Assembly: GCA_039638295.1 (NCBI GenBank)
Contig: JBDIWJ010000002.1
Coordinates: forward strand, 12,415-76,414
Direction of reading: 5' to 3'
From: Candidatus Phoenicimicrobium oleiphilum
GTDB lineage: Bacteria; Atribacterota; Phoenicimicrobiia; Phoenicimicrobiales; Phoenicimicrobiaceae
DNA: 64,000 nt
Made by a program: the position numbers and the translations under genes. Below, in pieces: positions 20,433 to 27,138 of this stretch. The number at the start of each line of letters is the position of its first letter. Position 1 is the stretch's first letter. The notes beneath the pieces are model-generated. The model was not told where the DNA came from, did not search any database, and worked only from the letters and a program-made list of their open reading frames with translations.

Positions 20433-20625
20433 GGATAGAATATATGAGTTTGATTCATCGAACCCGGTAATCGTAGGACAGGCGTCTCGCCTGTTTAGGC
20501 AAATGTAGGGGTACGATGTATCGTGCCCCCATAACAGCAATAGTGTCATTGCGAGCCCTGATTTATCAGGGCGTGGCAATCTCAAATGTAGGGGCTTTAT
20601 TTATCAAGCCCCCCAGAAAGGAGAA
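20140..20625. repeat. about 500-bp array of palindromic repeat units ending in an AGAAAGGAGAAGATTA ribosome-binding sequence
   Basis: GTCATTCCCGCGAAAGCGGGAATC, GTAGGGGCACGATGCATCGTGCCC...GGGCACAATTCATTGTGCCCCTACAA, CCTCTCCCCGGGAGGGAGAGG, GTAGGACAGGCGTCTCGCCTGT and GTCATTGCGAGCCCTGATTTATCAGGGCGTGGCAATCTC, followed by the GAAAGGAG RBS. Confidence 0.8.
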
Positions 20626-20631
20626 GATTAG

Positions 20632-20955
20632 ATGTCTGAACTAAAAGAACTAATTTTACAGGCCAAACAGAAAGACGTAAAGGCAATGGAGGAATTATTT
20701 CTAAAATTTAGACCCTTACTAAAATCCCAAGCCAAAAGGTATGCCAGAGCAGGATTAGAATATGAGGAGGTCTTCCAACAGGCCTCCTTACTCTTTATCC
20801 TGGCAGTCTATGACTACCAGGAAAAGGAAAGTATTCCCTTTGCCGGCTATGTTAAAAAGAGAATCAATTGGGGGCTGTGGATGTACTATCGGAAATATCT
20901 TAAACAAAGAATAGAGATCTCCTCTGGCCTAAAACCAGAAGAACTGAACCAGTAG
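20632..20955 (+). CDS. sigma-70 region 2-only protein (RsoA/co-sigma-like half of a split sigma factor)
   Basis: FLKFRPLLKSQAKRYARAGLEYEEVFQQASLLFILAVYDYQEKESIPFAGYVKKRINWGLWMYYRKY resembles sigma-70 region 2.1-2.4 (group 4/5 sigma). The stop codon TAG is supplied by the first bases of the inserted repeat. Confidence 0.65.
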   Translation: MSELKELILQAKQKDVKAMEELFLKFRPLLKSQAKRYARAGLEYEEVFQQASLLFILAVYDYQEKESIPFAGYVKKRINWGLWMYYRKYLKQRIEISSGLKPEELNQ

Positions 20956-21095
20956 GACAAGCATCTTGCCTGTCCAGGCAAATGTAGGGGCACGATGTAT
21001 CGTGCCCCCATAATGGCAATAATGTCATTGCGAGCGACTATAGGGAGCGTGGCAATCTCAACCGTAGGGACCTGTTTCATCAAACCCATAGAAAG
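20953..21095. repeat. palindromic repeat element inserted between the sigma region-2 and region-4 ORFs, carrying the AGAAAGGAGAAGATTA RBS at its 3' end
   Basis: GTAGGACAAGCATCTTGCCTGTCC, GTAGGGGCACGATGTATCGTGCCCCC, GTCATTGCGAGCGACTATAGGGAGCGTGGCAATCTC, then AGAAAGGAGAAGATTA. The same 16-mer precedes the ORF at 20632. Confidence 0.8.
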
Positions 21096-21105
21096 GAGAA
21101 GATTA

Positions 21106-21306
21106 TTGGATAGATTAGAACATATCTTAATAAAAATCGATCTAAAAGAAGCTTATAAACGACTAACCGAAAGAGAAAAGAAGATTATCACTCTTTATTA
21201 TCTGGAAGGATATAAAGATGAAGAGATAGCCAGATTATATGGAATCAATCGTCAAAATGTAAATCGTCAACGTAAACGAGGAATATCAAAATTAAAAATA
21301 TTTTAA
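21106..21306 (+). CDS. sigma-70 region 4-only protein (SigO-like half of split sigma factor), TTG start
   Basis: LDRLEHILIKIDLKEAYKRLTEREKKIITLYYLEGYKDEEIARLYGINRQNVNRQRKRGISKLK is a sigma region 4.2 HTH. The TTG start lies 8 nt after the GAAAGGAG RBS. The listed 103-aa ORF has a repeat-derived N-terminus. Confidence 0.6.
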   Translation: MDRLEHILIKIDLKEAYKRLTEREKKIITLYYLEGYKDEEIARLYGINRQNVNRQRKRGISKLKIF

Positions 21307-21393
21307 TTTTTTTTAAATAACTGTAGCGAAATCACCCCTTTTTTGCATCTATATAAATAGAGGGAGTTTTTAGTCAAACTAAAAACAGTAACC

Positions 21394-21464
21394 AGTAATG
21401 AGTAATAAGTAAAAGCCATAAAGATACAAAATTACCTTGTTTATCACTTATTACTCGTTACTTA
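21394..21464 (+). other. long imperfect inverted repeat (about 19-nt arms, 30-nt loop) between the sigma gene and DUF1659 gene; candidate terminator/attenuator
   Basis: AGTAATGAGTAATAAGTAA ... TCACTTATTACTCGTTACT. Confidence 0.35.
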
Positions 21465-21469
21465 TTACC

Positions 21470-21493
21470 CTAATTGACCTATAGGTCAATTAG
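21470..21493. promoter_or_regulatory. perfect 24-bp palindrome CTAATTGACCTATAGGTCAATTAG, candidate operator
   Basis: Perfect dyad 20 nt upstream of the DUF1659 gene RBS. It shares the GGTCAATT core with downstream AATTGGT iterons. Confidence 0.4.
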
Positions 21494-21514
21494 GCAGAAG
21501 GGAGGTGATTAATA

Positions 21515-21742
21515 ATGGCCACAGTCGTCATAGTTCCCCGAGATTCATCTTTACAACTAAGACTGGTAGCTGGCACTAATCCTACTACCGGAGCACCTAT
21601 CATTCAAGCCAAGACTTTTAATAAAATAAAGTCCAGTGCAATCGACCAGGATATCTATGATGTAGCTACTGCCTTGGTAGGGCTACAGAAGTACCCGGTA
21701 GATGAGATCAGACTGGAAAAAGAATCCCAATTAACTGAATAG
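21515..21742 (+). CDS. small protein, DUF1659-like
   Basis: 75 aa with GGAGGTG RBS. Resembles the Firmicutes DUF1659 family, which pairs with DUF2922. Confidence 0.45.
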   Translation: MATVVIVPRDSSLQLRLVAGTNPTTGAPIIQAKTFNKIKSSAIDQDIYDVATALVGLQKYPVDEIRLEKESQLTE

Positions 21743-21825
21743 TCGTTAGCTCAAAAGAAAGTAAATATTTAAAAATAAATCAATCAATCAACCTTCCCTA
21801 ATTGGCAATGGTCAACCATATTTAT

Positions 21826-21863
21826 GAATTGGTCAATTGGTGGATTGGTGAATTGGTCAATTG
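21826..21863 (+). promoter_or_regulatory. five direct AATTGGT iterons (GAATTGGTCAATTGGTGGATTGGTGAATTGGTCAATTG) immediately upstream of RBS
   Basis: Direct inspection. A similar triple iteron lies at 22919-22946. Confidence 0.35.
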
Positions 21864-21881
21864 ATAAGGAGGTGAAAACAG

Positions 21882-22154
21882 ATGGCTACCACTTTAGGAC
21901 AAGTAACCACATATAAGAGATTGTATATGCAGTTTAGAGATAGTGCAGGAAAATCGGTAAACCTTACCCTAAATAACCCTAAGACTGTAGAGGATGGAGA
22001 TTATGTGGATTTTGCAGCCCAGGATACCGCTATTGAGGGGGTAATGGATACCATCATTGCCAAGAACATCTTCCATAATAATGGTAATGACTTAGTAGCT
22101 AAAGTCAATGCTCGAATCCTTGATTACAAGTCTACTGATGTTATGGATGTATAG
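21882..22154 (+). CDS. small protein, DUF2922-like
   Basis: 90 aa with AAGGAGGTG RBS. Pattern ...LTLNNPKTVEDGDYVDFAAQD..IIAKNIF...LVAKVNARI resembles DUF2922. Confidence 0.45.
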   Translation: MATTLGQVTTYKRLYMQFRDSAGKSVNLTLNNPKTVEDGDYVDFAAQDTAIEGVMDTIIAKNIFHNNGNDLVAKVNARILDYKSTDVMDV

Positions 22155-22189
22155 CTCAGGGGCTACCACCCCTTGGCGGTTAGCTGGTT

Positions 22190-22345
22190 AGCTAGTTTAC
22201 CAGTTAAGTTCCTGGGGGAGGTAACTCCCTCAGGAACAGATATGTAGGGGTCTGATTCATCAGACCCGAACAATAATGGGTCGGATAAATCCGCCCCCCT
22301 ACCCTAAAAGTCATTGCGAGCGACTGAAAGGAGCGTGGCAATCTC
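22190..22345. repeat. palindromic repeat units (GTAGGGGTCTGATTCATCAGACCC, GGGTCGGATAAATCCGCCCCCCTACC, GTCATTGCGAGCGACTGAAAGGAGCGTGGCAATCTC)
   Basis: Direct inspection. Confidence 0.75.
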
Positions 22346-22380
22346 TTAAAAACTATTTTCGACTGAAAGGAGAAAATTAT

Positions 22381-22761
22381 ATGTTAGAAACAATTTTAAG
22401 TAAATATCTATTAAATGCCTTACTTATTGCTATCGTCTCTCTCGGTTATGGTCTCTTAAAAAACAGATTAGGAGAAGAGAGAGCTAACACCATTAAAGAG
22501 GCCATTCTCTCGGCTATGCTCTGGGCAGAAGAGGAATTGGGTATAGGCAATGGGAGTAAGAAATGGGAGATAGCCTGGCAAAAGCTTATAGAGATATTAG
22601 CCGAGAAGAATATCAGCCTGAGAAAGTCAGAGGAGAAAGCGGTAAAGACGATGATGAAAGCCAATATTGGGAAGATTAACCGACAGACCTATGATGTCTT
22701 ATTGAAGAAAAAACTTTTGAAAGACAAAGGTCCTGTTCAGCAGGCAATCCCCCTAAACTAG
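22381..22761 (+). CDS. phage holin, LL-H (Phage_holin_6_1)-like
   Basis: ATG at 22381 after CGACTGAAAGGAG RBS. N-terminal TM helix, then ...IKEAILSAMLWAEEELGIGNGSKKWEIAWQKLIEIL typical of LL-H holins. Confidence 0.5.
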   Translation: MLETILSKYLLNALLIAIVSLGYGLLKNRLGEERANTIKEAILSAMLWAEEELGIGNGSKKWEIAWQKLIEILAEKNISLRKSEEKAVKTMMKANIGKINRQTYDVLLKKKLLKDKGPVQQAIPLN

Positions 22762-22774
22762 CCATTGTTTAATA

Positions 22775-22900
22775 ATTGTCGGTTGGATAGGCGTCTCGCC
22801 TGTCTACAATGTCATTGCGAGCCCTGTTTTATCAGGGTGGTACAATCTCTACTGTAGGGAATCGATTCATCTAACCTGTCTTTTTGAGTCGGATAAATCC
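22775..22900. repeat. palindromic repeat units (GGATAGGCGTCTCGCCTGTCTACA, GTCATTGCGAGCCCTGTTTTATCAGGGTGGTACAATCTC, GAGTCGGATAAATCCGTCCCCTACA)
   Basis: Direct inspection. Confidence 0.75.
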
Positions 22901-22975
22901 GTCCCCTACATAATTAGACAATTGGTAGATTGGAGAATTGGTAAATTAACTAACGACTGAAAGGAGTTAGTTCTT

Positions 22976-23356
22976 ATGCAGATGTTAAATGAAGTAAATA
23001 ACATCGATATTGCTCCTTACTTTAAATTATCTGAATTTGCCTGCCCCTGTTGCCGACAGGTGATCTTACACCCTCTACTCTTAAAGAAACTCAGTAAGTT
23101 AAGAGAAACAGTTAATAGACCTCTCTACATTACCTCTGGCTATCGCTGTCTCGGGTATAATCGGAAAGTAGGTGGGATAAAGACCAGTTATCACCTTCTG
23201 GGTCTGGCCGCAGATGTTAGGGCAAAAGGGATGTCTGCCCTTGACCTTTTAGAATATGCGGAGATTATCAATTTTTCGGGAATCGGTTTTTACGAGAAGA
23301 GGAATTTCCTGCATCTGGATGTCCGACCTACTAAACAGAGCCGCTGGAGGGGATAA
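22976..23356 (+). CDS. peptidase M15A family (YcbK/DUF882-like L,D-peptidase; endolysin-type)
   Basis: SEFACPCC...ITSGYRCLGYNRKVGGIKTSYHLLGLAADV...LHLDVR carries the H-x6-D ... H zinc-binding pattern of M15 peptidases. Confidence 0.8.
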   Translation: MQMLNEVNNIDIAPYFKLSEFACPCCRQVILHPLLLKKLSKLRETVNRPLYITSGYRCLGYNRKVGGIKTSYHLLGLAADVRAKGMSALDLLEYAEIINFSGIGFYEKRNFLHLDVRPTKQSRWRG

Positions 23357-23384
23357 AATAGTCGTTAGTAGGAAAGAAGTTAAG

Positions 23385-23590
23385 ATAAGAGACGTAGGGG
23401 CACGATGTATCGTGCCCAGGATAAACAAATGACGATAAAGCAGAGAGGGCACAATTCATTGTGCCCCTACAAAATCATAATAAACAATAATGTCATTGCG
23501 AGCGACTATAGGGAGCGTGGCAATCTCATAATTTATTAGATTGCTTCGTCGTTACACTCCTCGCATTGACATTTTGAGATTGGTATATTG
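23385..23590. repeat. palindromic repeat units including an inverted pair of GTCATTGCGAGC...GCGTGGCAATCTC units
   Basis: GTAGGGGCACGATGTATCGTGCCC...GGGCACAATTCATTGTGCCCCTACAA then GTCATTGCGAGCGACTATAGGGAGCGTGGCAATCTC and a diverged reverse copy GATTGCTTCGTCGTTACACTCCTCGCATTGACATT. Confidence 0.75.
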
Positions 23591-23608
23591 AATTAAAGGA
23601 GGGAATAT

Positions 23609-23878
23609 ATGGATATAAAGACATGGTTAGATATAATTGCTAACCAGGGCTTCCCTATTGCCTTATCAATACTCTTAATTTTTCGTATCGACAGATTTAT
23701 GCAGGAGATAGTGACTGCCCAGAAAGAAGGCTATCGGCAAGTCCTGGAAAACACCAAGGAGATACACAATACTATCACTACTTTAAATCAGCAGAACCGG
23801 GAATATTATTCCTTGCGCTTCTCAGAAGTACAGAAGGAACTCTCTGGAATGAAGGTAGAACTGGGGAAAATTGAATAA
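23609..23878 (+). CDS. BhlA/UviB-family holin-like protein
   Basis: MDIKTWLDIIANQGFPIALSILLIFRIDRFMQE... has an N-terminal TM followed by a coiled coil, like BhlA/UviB bacteriocin-release holins. Confidence 0.55.
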   Translation: MDIKTWLDIIANQGFPIALSILLIFRIDRFMQEIVTAQKEGYRQVLENTKEIHNTITTLNQQNREYYSLRFSEVQKELSGMKVELGKIE

Positions 23879-23892
23879 TTTGGGGTAATAAT

Positions 23893-23940
23893 AAGAGCCA
23901 GGTCTTTTAAATATCAATAGATCTGGCTCTTATTATTTAA
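23893..23940. terminator. bidirectional rho-independent terminator between convergent genes
   Basis: AATAAGAGCCAGGTC...AGATCTGGCTCTTATT hairpin followed by a T-run. Confidence 0.6.
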
Positions 23941-23993
23941 AACACTATTTCTCTTCTATTTTTCTATGTTCTATTTAAATATTTTTGACTCAA

Positions 23994-25253
23994 TCATTCT
24001 GGAAGAGATTCTGGTATTTTCGATAATGGTACATCTATGTATGTTATTTCGCCTGCTGTTACTACAATTTCATATTCCTCAGAGTCAAGATAACCTTCTG
24101 CTGACACATTGAGTGTATATGTTCCAACTGGAAGCTGGTCGAAAGAAAATAGACCATCTTCATCAGTTATTATGGAGCTTTCGAAAGTATATATATTACT
24201 GTATAGACTAACAGTTACATTTGCTTCGTTAATTGGTAAACCACTTTCTAAATCTAACACGCTCCCTGATATTGCCCCAGTTTCTTCAAATAATAGTATT
24301 ACATTAACTTCTGTATCCTTATCTGCTGCCACTTCAATGCTTTCTGAATACTCATTAAAGCCATCAGCATATACATTTAAAATATAGTTGCCTTCTGGAA
24401 CATTATCTAAACTGAATGTTCCTTCTGAGCCTGGTTCTTCCGAAGTTGAAGTAGTATTATTAAAGATGTATTCTCCACTAGAAAGAATTACGCTCGCACC
24501 ACCTATTCCTATAAACCCCAAATCTCCTCCATCATAAGACACAGTTCCAGAAACTGAACCTGAACTCTCGGGAAGCTCTTCTTCTGAATAAGTTTCAACT
24601 ACCATACTAATAACCGGTTTTAATTTATATTTTCCATTACCTGTTTTTATTACAGATTTTTTAGCATCAAAATCTATAGTTAACTTAGTAATCATACCTG
24701 CAATAATTTCAAAAGGATGATTTAATTTTATTCCCGTTTGATAAACACTGGGGATTTCAAGAGGTTCTGTTGATGTTGGCTTTTCTGATCCTTCTGATCC
24801 TTCTGATCCTTCTATTACTATCCAAGCATCTTCTTCCTCACCAACCTTTAAATAAAGTCTGAGTTGAGTATATTTATTCGGTTCAAGTTCTAATGATGCT
24901 AATAGTATAGAAACATCCTCTAATTTTATAAGGTCAACCAACAGACCTTCATCCCATTCCTTCAATATTATCCAAGACCCTTCTCCTTCTTCTCCTTCTT
25001 CTTCCCCTTCTTCGCCATCAACAGCTATATGCCCTTCTATTTTAGAAATTTTTATATTTATTTCTGAATAATCTCCCGGTGCATCAGTAAGATAAATTTT
25101 TAGTGTTCCCTTTCCTGCTGTCACTCCATCCGTTTGAGTTGGAGAAGTTGAATCATTTTCAGTCCCCGGAGTCACCAAATCACTTGCACATCCTGAAAGA
25201 AAAATAATAGCCAGCACTAAAAATAATGTTAAACCAAAATACTTTTTCATCAT
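23994..25253 (-). CDS. secreted lipoprotein, DUF4382-like N-domain plus two carboxypeptidase-regulatory-like (CarboxypepD_reg) domains
   Basis: Lipobox LSGCASD and acidic GEEGEEEGEEGEG linker. Two repeats of the G(S/T)VxD...G...NV pattern with DGxF..D.LP.GxY.LNV.A.GY. Confidence 0.7.
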   Translation of the reverse strand: MMKKYFGLTLFLVLAIIFLSGCASDLVTPGTENDSTSPTQTDGVTAGKGTLKIYLTDAPGDYSEINIKISKIEGHIAVDGEEGEEEGEEGEGSWIILKEWDEGLLVDLIKLEDVSILLASLELEPNKYTQLRLYLKVGEEEDAWIVIEGSEGSEGSEKPTSTEPLEIPSVYQTGIKLNHPFEIIAGMITKLTIDFDAKKSVIKTGNGKYKLKPVISMVVETYSEEELPESSGSVSGTVSYDGGDLGFIGIGGASVILSSGEYIFNNTTSTSEEPGSEGTFSLDNVPEGNYILNVYADGFNEYSESIEVAADKDTEVNVILLFEETGAISGSVLDLESGLPINEANVTVSLYSNIYTFESSIITDEDGLFSFDQLPVGTYTLNVSAEGYLDSEEYEIVVTAGEITYIDVPLSKIPESLPE

Positions 25254-25929
25254 TCTTTCCTCCTATTTTATTTAATATTTTTTAAAAAATAAAAAAAGTC
25301 GGCAGTCTGGCGGTCATAGCAATAAATTGCCTTAGACCCATAACTTTGCGTCCTACCTTTTCAGATAGTTTGCCTTTATCAACTTTTTAAAGCTAATTAT
25401 TCAATTTTTATACTATTTAATAATATACTACACTTATTTTAAAAATCCTTCTTTTTTTAAAATAATTTTGAAATTTTTATTGATATAGGAGTAAGGTCTT
25501 CACATTTGACATTTCTTAATTTTTTAATAGAAACAAAGATGTCCTCTGTCTTATAAAATTAAATGAAATGAAAAGATAGAACTTATCCCTATCATTTTTT
25601 ATAAGCCCTTATACTTATATCGCAAATATATAAGTTCTTAGCCTTATAAAATAGGTTAATATTAATTAATGTATGCAGAATAAAAGAAGCCTACTATAAA
25701 CGAGATTTTTTATTGAACTTTTATAAGTGTGGTAATATATCTAAATTATAGTCGCATTTACTGAACGCAGTGCGAACCTATTTTGAGACATCAATAACAA
25801 ATATTTAATCTTTCCGATTCGGCTTTCGTCTGCCTTCCTGCCTGCACGGCAGGAAGGCATCCTTGCGTCCTCAACCTCGTAAAAAATCTTTTTTTATTTA
25901 AGAGCGTGCCGAACATTTTTTTAATTTTT

Positions 25930-26350
25930 AAAAAGGAATTATTTTTGCTCGGTCTCGTCCGCCTTTACCCTTAATCAAAGAAGCAAATATTTCTGTCGGG
26001 CAGAGAAACCGAATCTTCTCCCCACCCTCCTGCAGTCTCGGTGCTCGGACTTCATCCCGACTTTGTCGGGATTCCGTTGCCTGTGCTCCGAGCCTGCTCC
26101 CCCTTTTTGGGCGAAGCAGGAAGAAAAAACAAAATTCTTCTTTCCGCCACCTTCTTTTTTGGGCAAATTTTGGGTGGGGGCAAAATTTGCCTATCAGTTC
26201 TAAACTTGGTATCAAAAAACTACTTTCCCCAAAAATTCATACTCCTAACGTTCCCATCATATACGAGGTTTCAGCGTAGACGAAATTTGGTTGAACGAAG
26301 TGAGCCGTATATATTGTGTTATCTGCTGTTGCGGGCATTTCCACTCTCAA
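25930..26350. other. GC-rich non-coding segment with multiple perfect hairpins (possible structured RNA or decayed element)
   Basis: Local GC is far above the window mean. Hairpins include ATCCCGAC-TTTG-GTCGGGAT, GGCAAATTTTG-GGTGGGG-CAAAATTTGCC and CCTGC...GCAGG. The ORFs on both strands here are low-complexity, Arg/Gly-rich junk. Confidence 0.3.
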
Positions 26351-26363
26351 TACTATTACTTTA

Positions 26364-27137
26364 TTACTTGAATTTTGAAAAATACGCATCAATTTCTGGT
26401 CTTAATTCTATACCTACTCTTTCAAAACAATTTAATAATTCTTCATAAGCACCATCATTCCCGAGAAAGTCCCACAACTCTTCTGCAACTTTCAATTCAT
26501 TATCCAAATCTAACATACCTTTCAATGTCCATCTTTCATAAGGTCTTGGTTCGTATGGATTATAAGGAATTGCGATATATGACTTTACCTTTGCACTTGG
26601 ATTTTTCGCTAGAAAAATTGCTACCCATTCTAACAATGTTCTTTTGAAATCTTTAAAATTGCTGATATTTGGTTTTGTTGTTTTCAAGTCAAACAAATAG
26701 ACTGTTCCATCCGCTCTTTGGACAAACAAATCCACTTTTACAGTTTTTAATTTGTTCATTGTACCCTTGCTGCAAACTTTTCTTATTCTTTCAATTTCTT
26801 CCGTCTTATTTGGATTTTTCCCAATTGTAAGTTCGTTCATAATATGTTGAATTTCAGACTGAGCTTGTTCACTAATAGTATCACCGACCACATACTGTTT
26901 TTGTGCAAATTTAAAGTTCAGACTTGCTATCGTTTCAGCCACAGGTTCAAAAATAGATGTTCCAAAAGTAGTATTTAAAGAATGAATAAAAGAGAATAAT
27001 GCCATTCTATCCCTACCAAGTAAACGATAATGAAAAGGCATATTTTTTGTTTCTGGATTGTATGTTTGAAACTTTTTCCGTAGGCTATCTTTGATGGTAT
27101 TCTCGATTAATCTTATTTGTTCCTTTGTAAGTGACAT
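26364..27137 (-). CDS. putative Type II restriction endonuclease (PD-(D/E)xK)
   Basis: Co-oriented with, and 1 nt from, the DNA methyltransferase. Candidate catalytic VDLFVQRADGTVYLFDLK motif. Confidence 0.45.
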   Translation of the reverse strand: MSLTKEQIRLIENTIKDSLRKKFQTYNPETKNMPFHYRLLGRDRMALFSFIHSLNTTFGTSIFEPVAETIASLNFKFAQKQYVVGDTISEQAQSEIQHIMNELTIGKNPNKTEEIERIRKVCSKGTMNKLKTVKVDLFVQRADGTVYLFDLKTTKPNISNFKDFKRTLLEWVAIFLAKNPSAKVKSYIAIPYNPYEPRPYERWTLKGMLDLDNELKVAEELWDFLGNDGAYEELLNCFERVGIELRPEIDAYFSKFK

Positions 27138-27138
27138 T

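Noticed and set aside
20995-21105. N-terminal 37 codons of the listed 103-aa ORF (MYRAPIMAIMSLRATIGSVAISTVGTCFIKP)
   Set aside because: They are translation of the palindromic repeat itself. The genuine protein most likely starts at TTG 21106 after the repeat-borne RBS.
26280-26340. Group II intron domain V (GAGCCGTAT...)
   Set aside because: Only the first 9 nt match. No complementary ...ACGGUUC strand and no IEP or other intron domains nearby.
25928-26448. ORFs of 63-135 aa on both strands in the GC-rich segment
   Set aside because: Overlapping ORFs in three frames with Arg/Gly/Pro-rich low-complexity products, no RBS, and a composition artefact of GC-rich DNA. Treated as non-coding.
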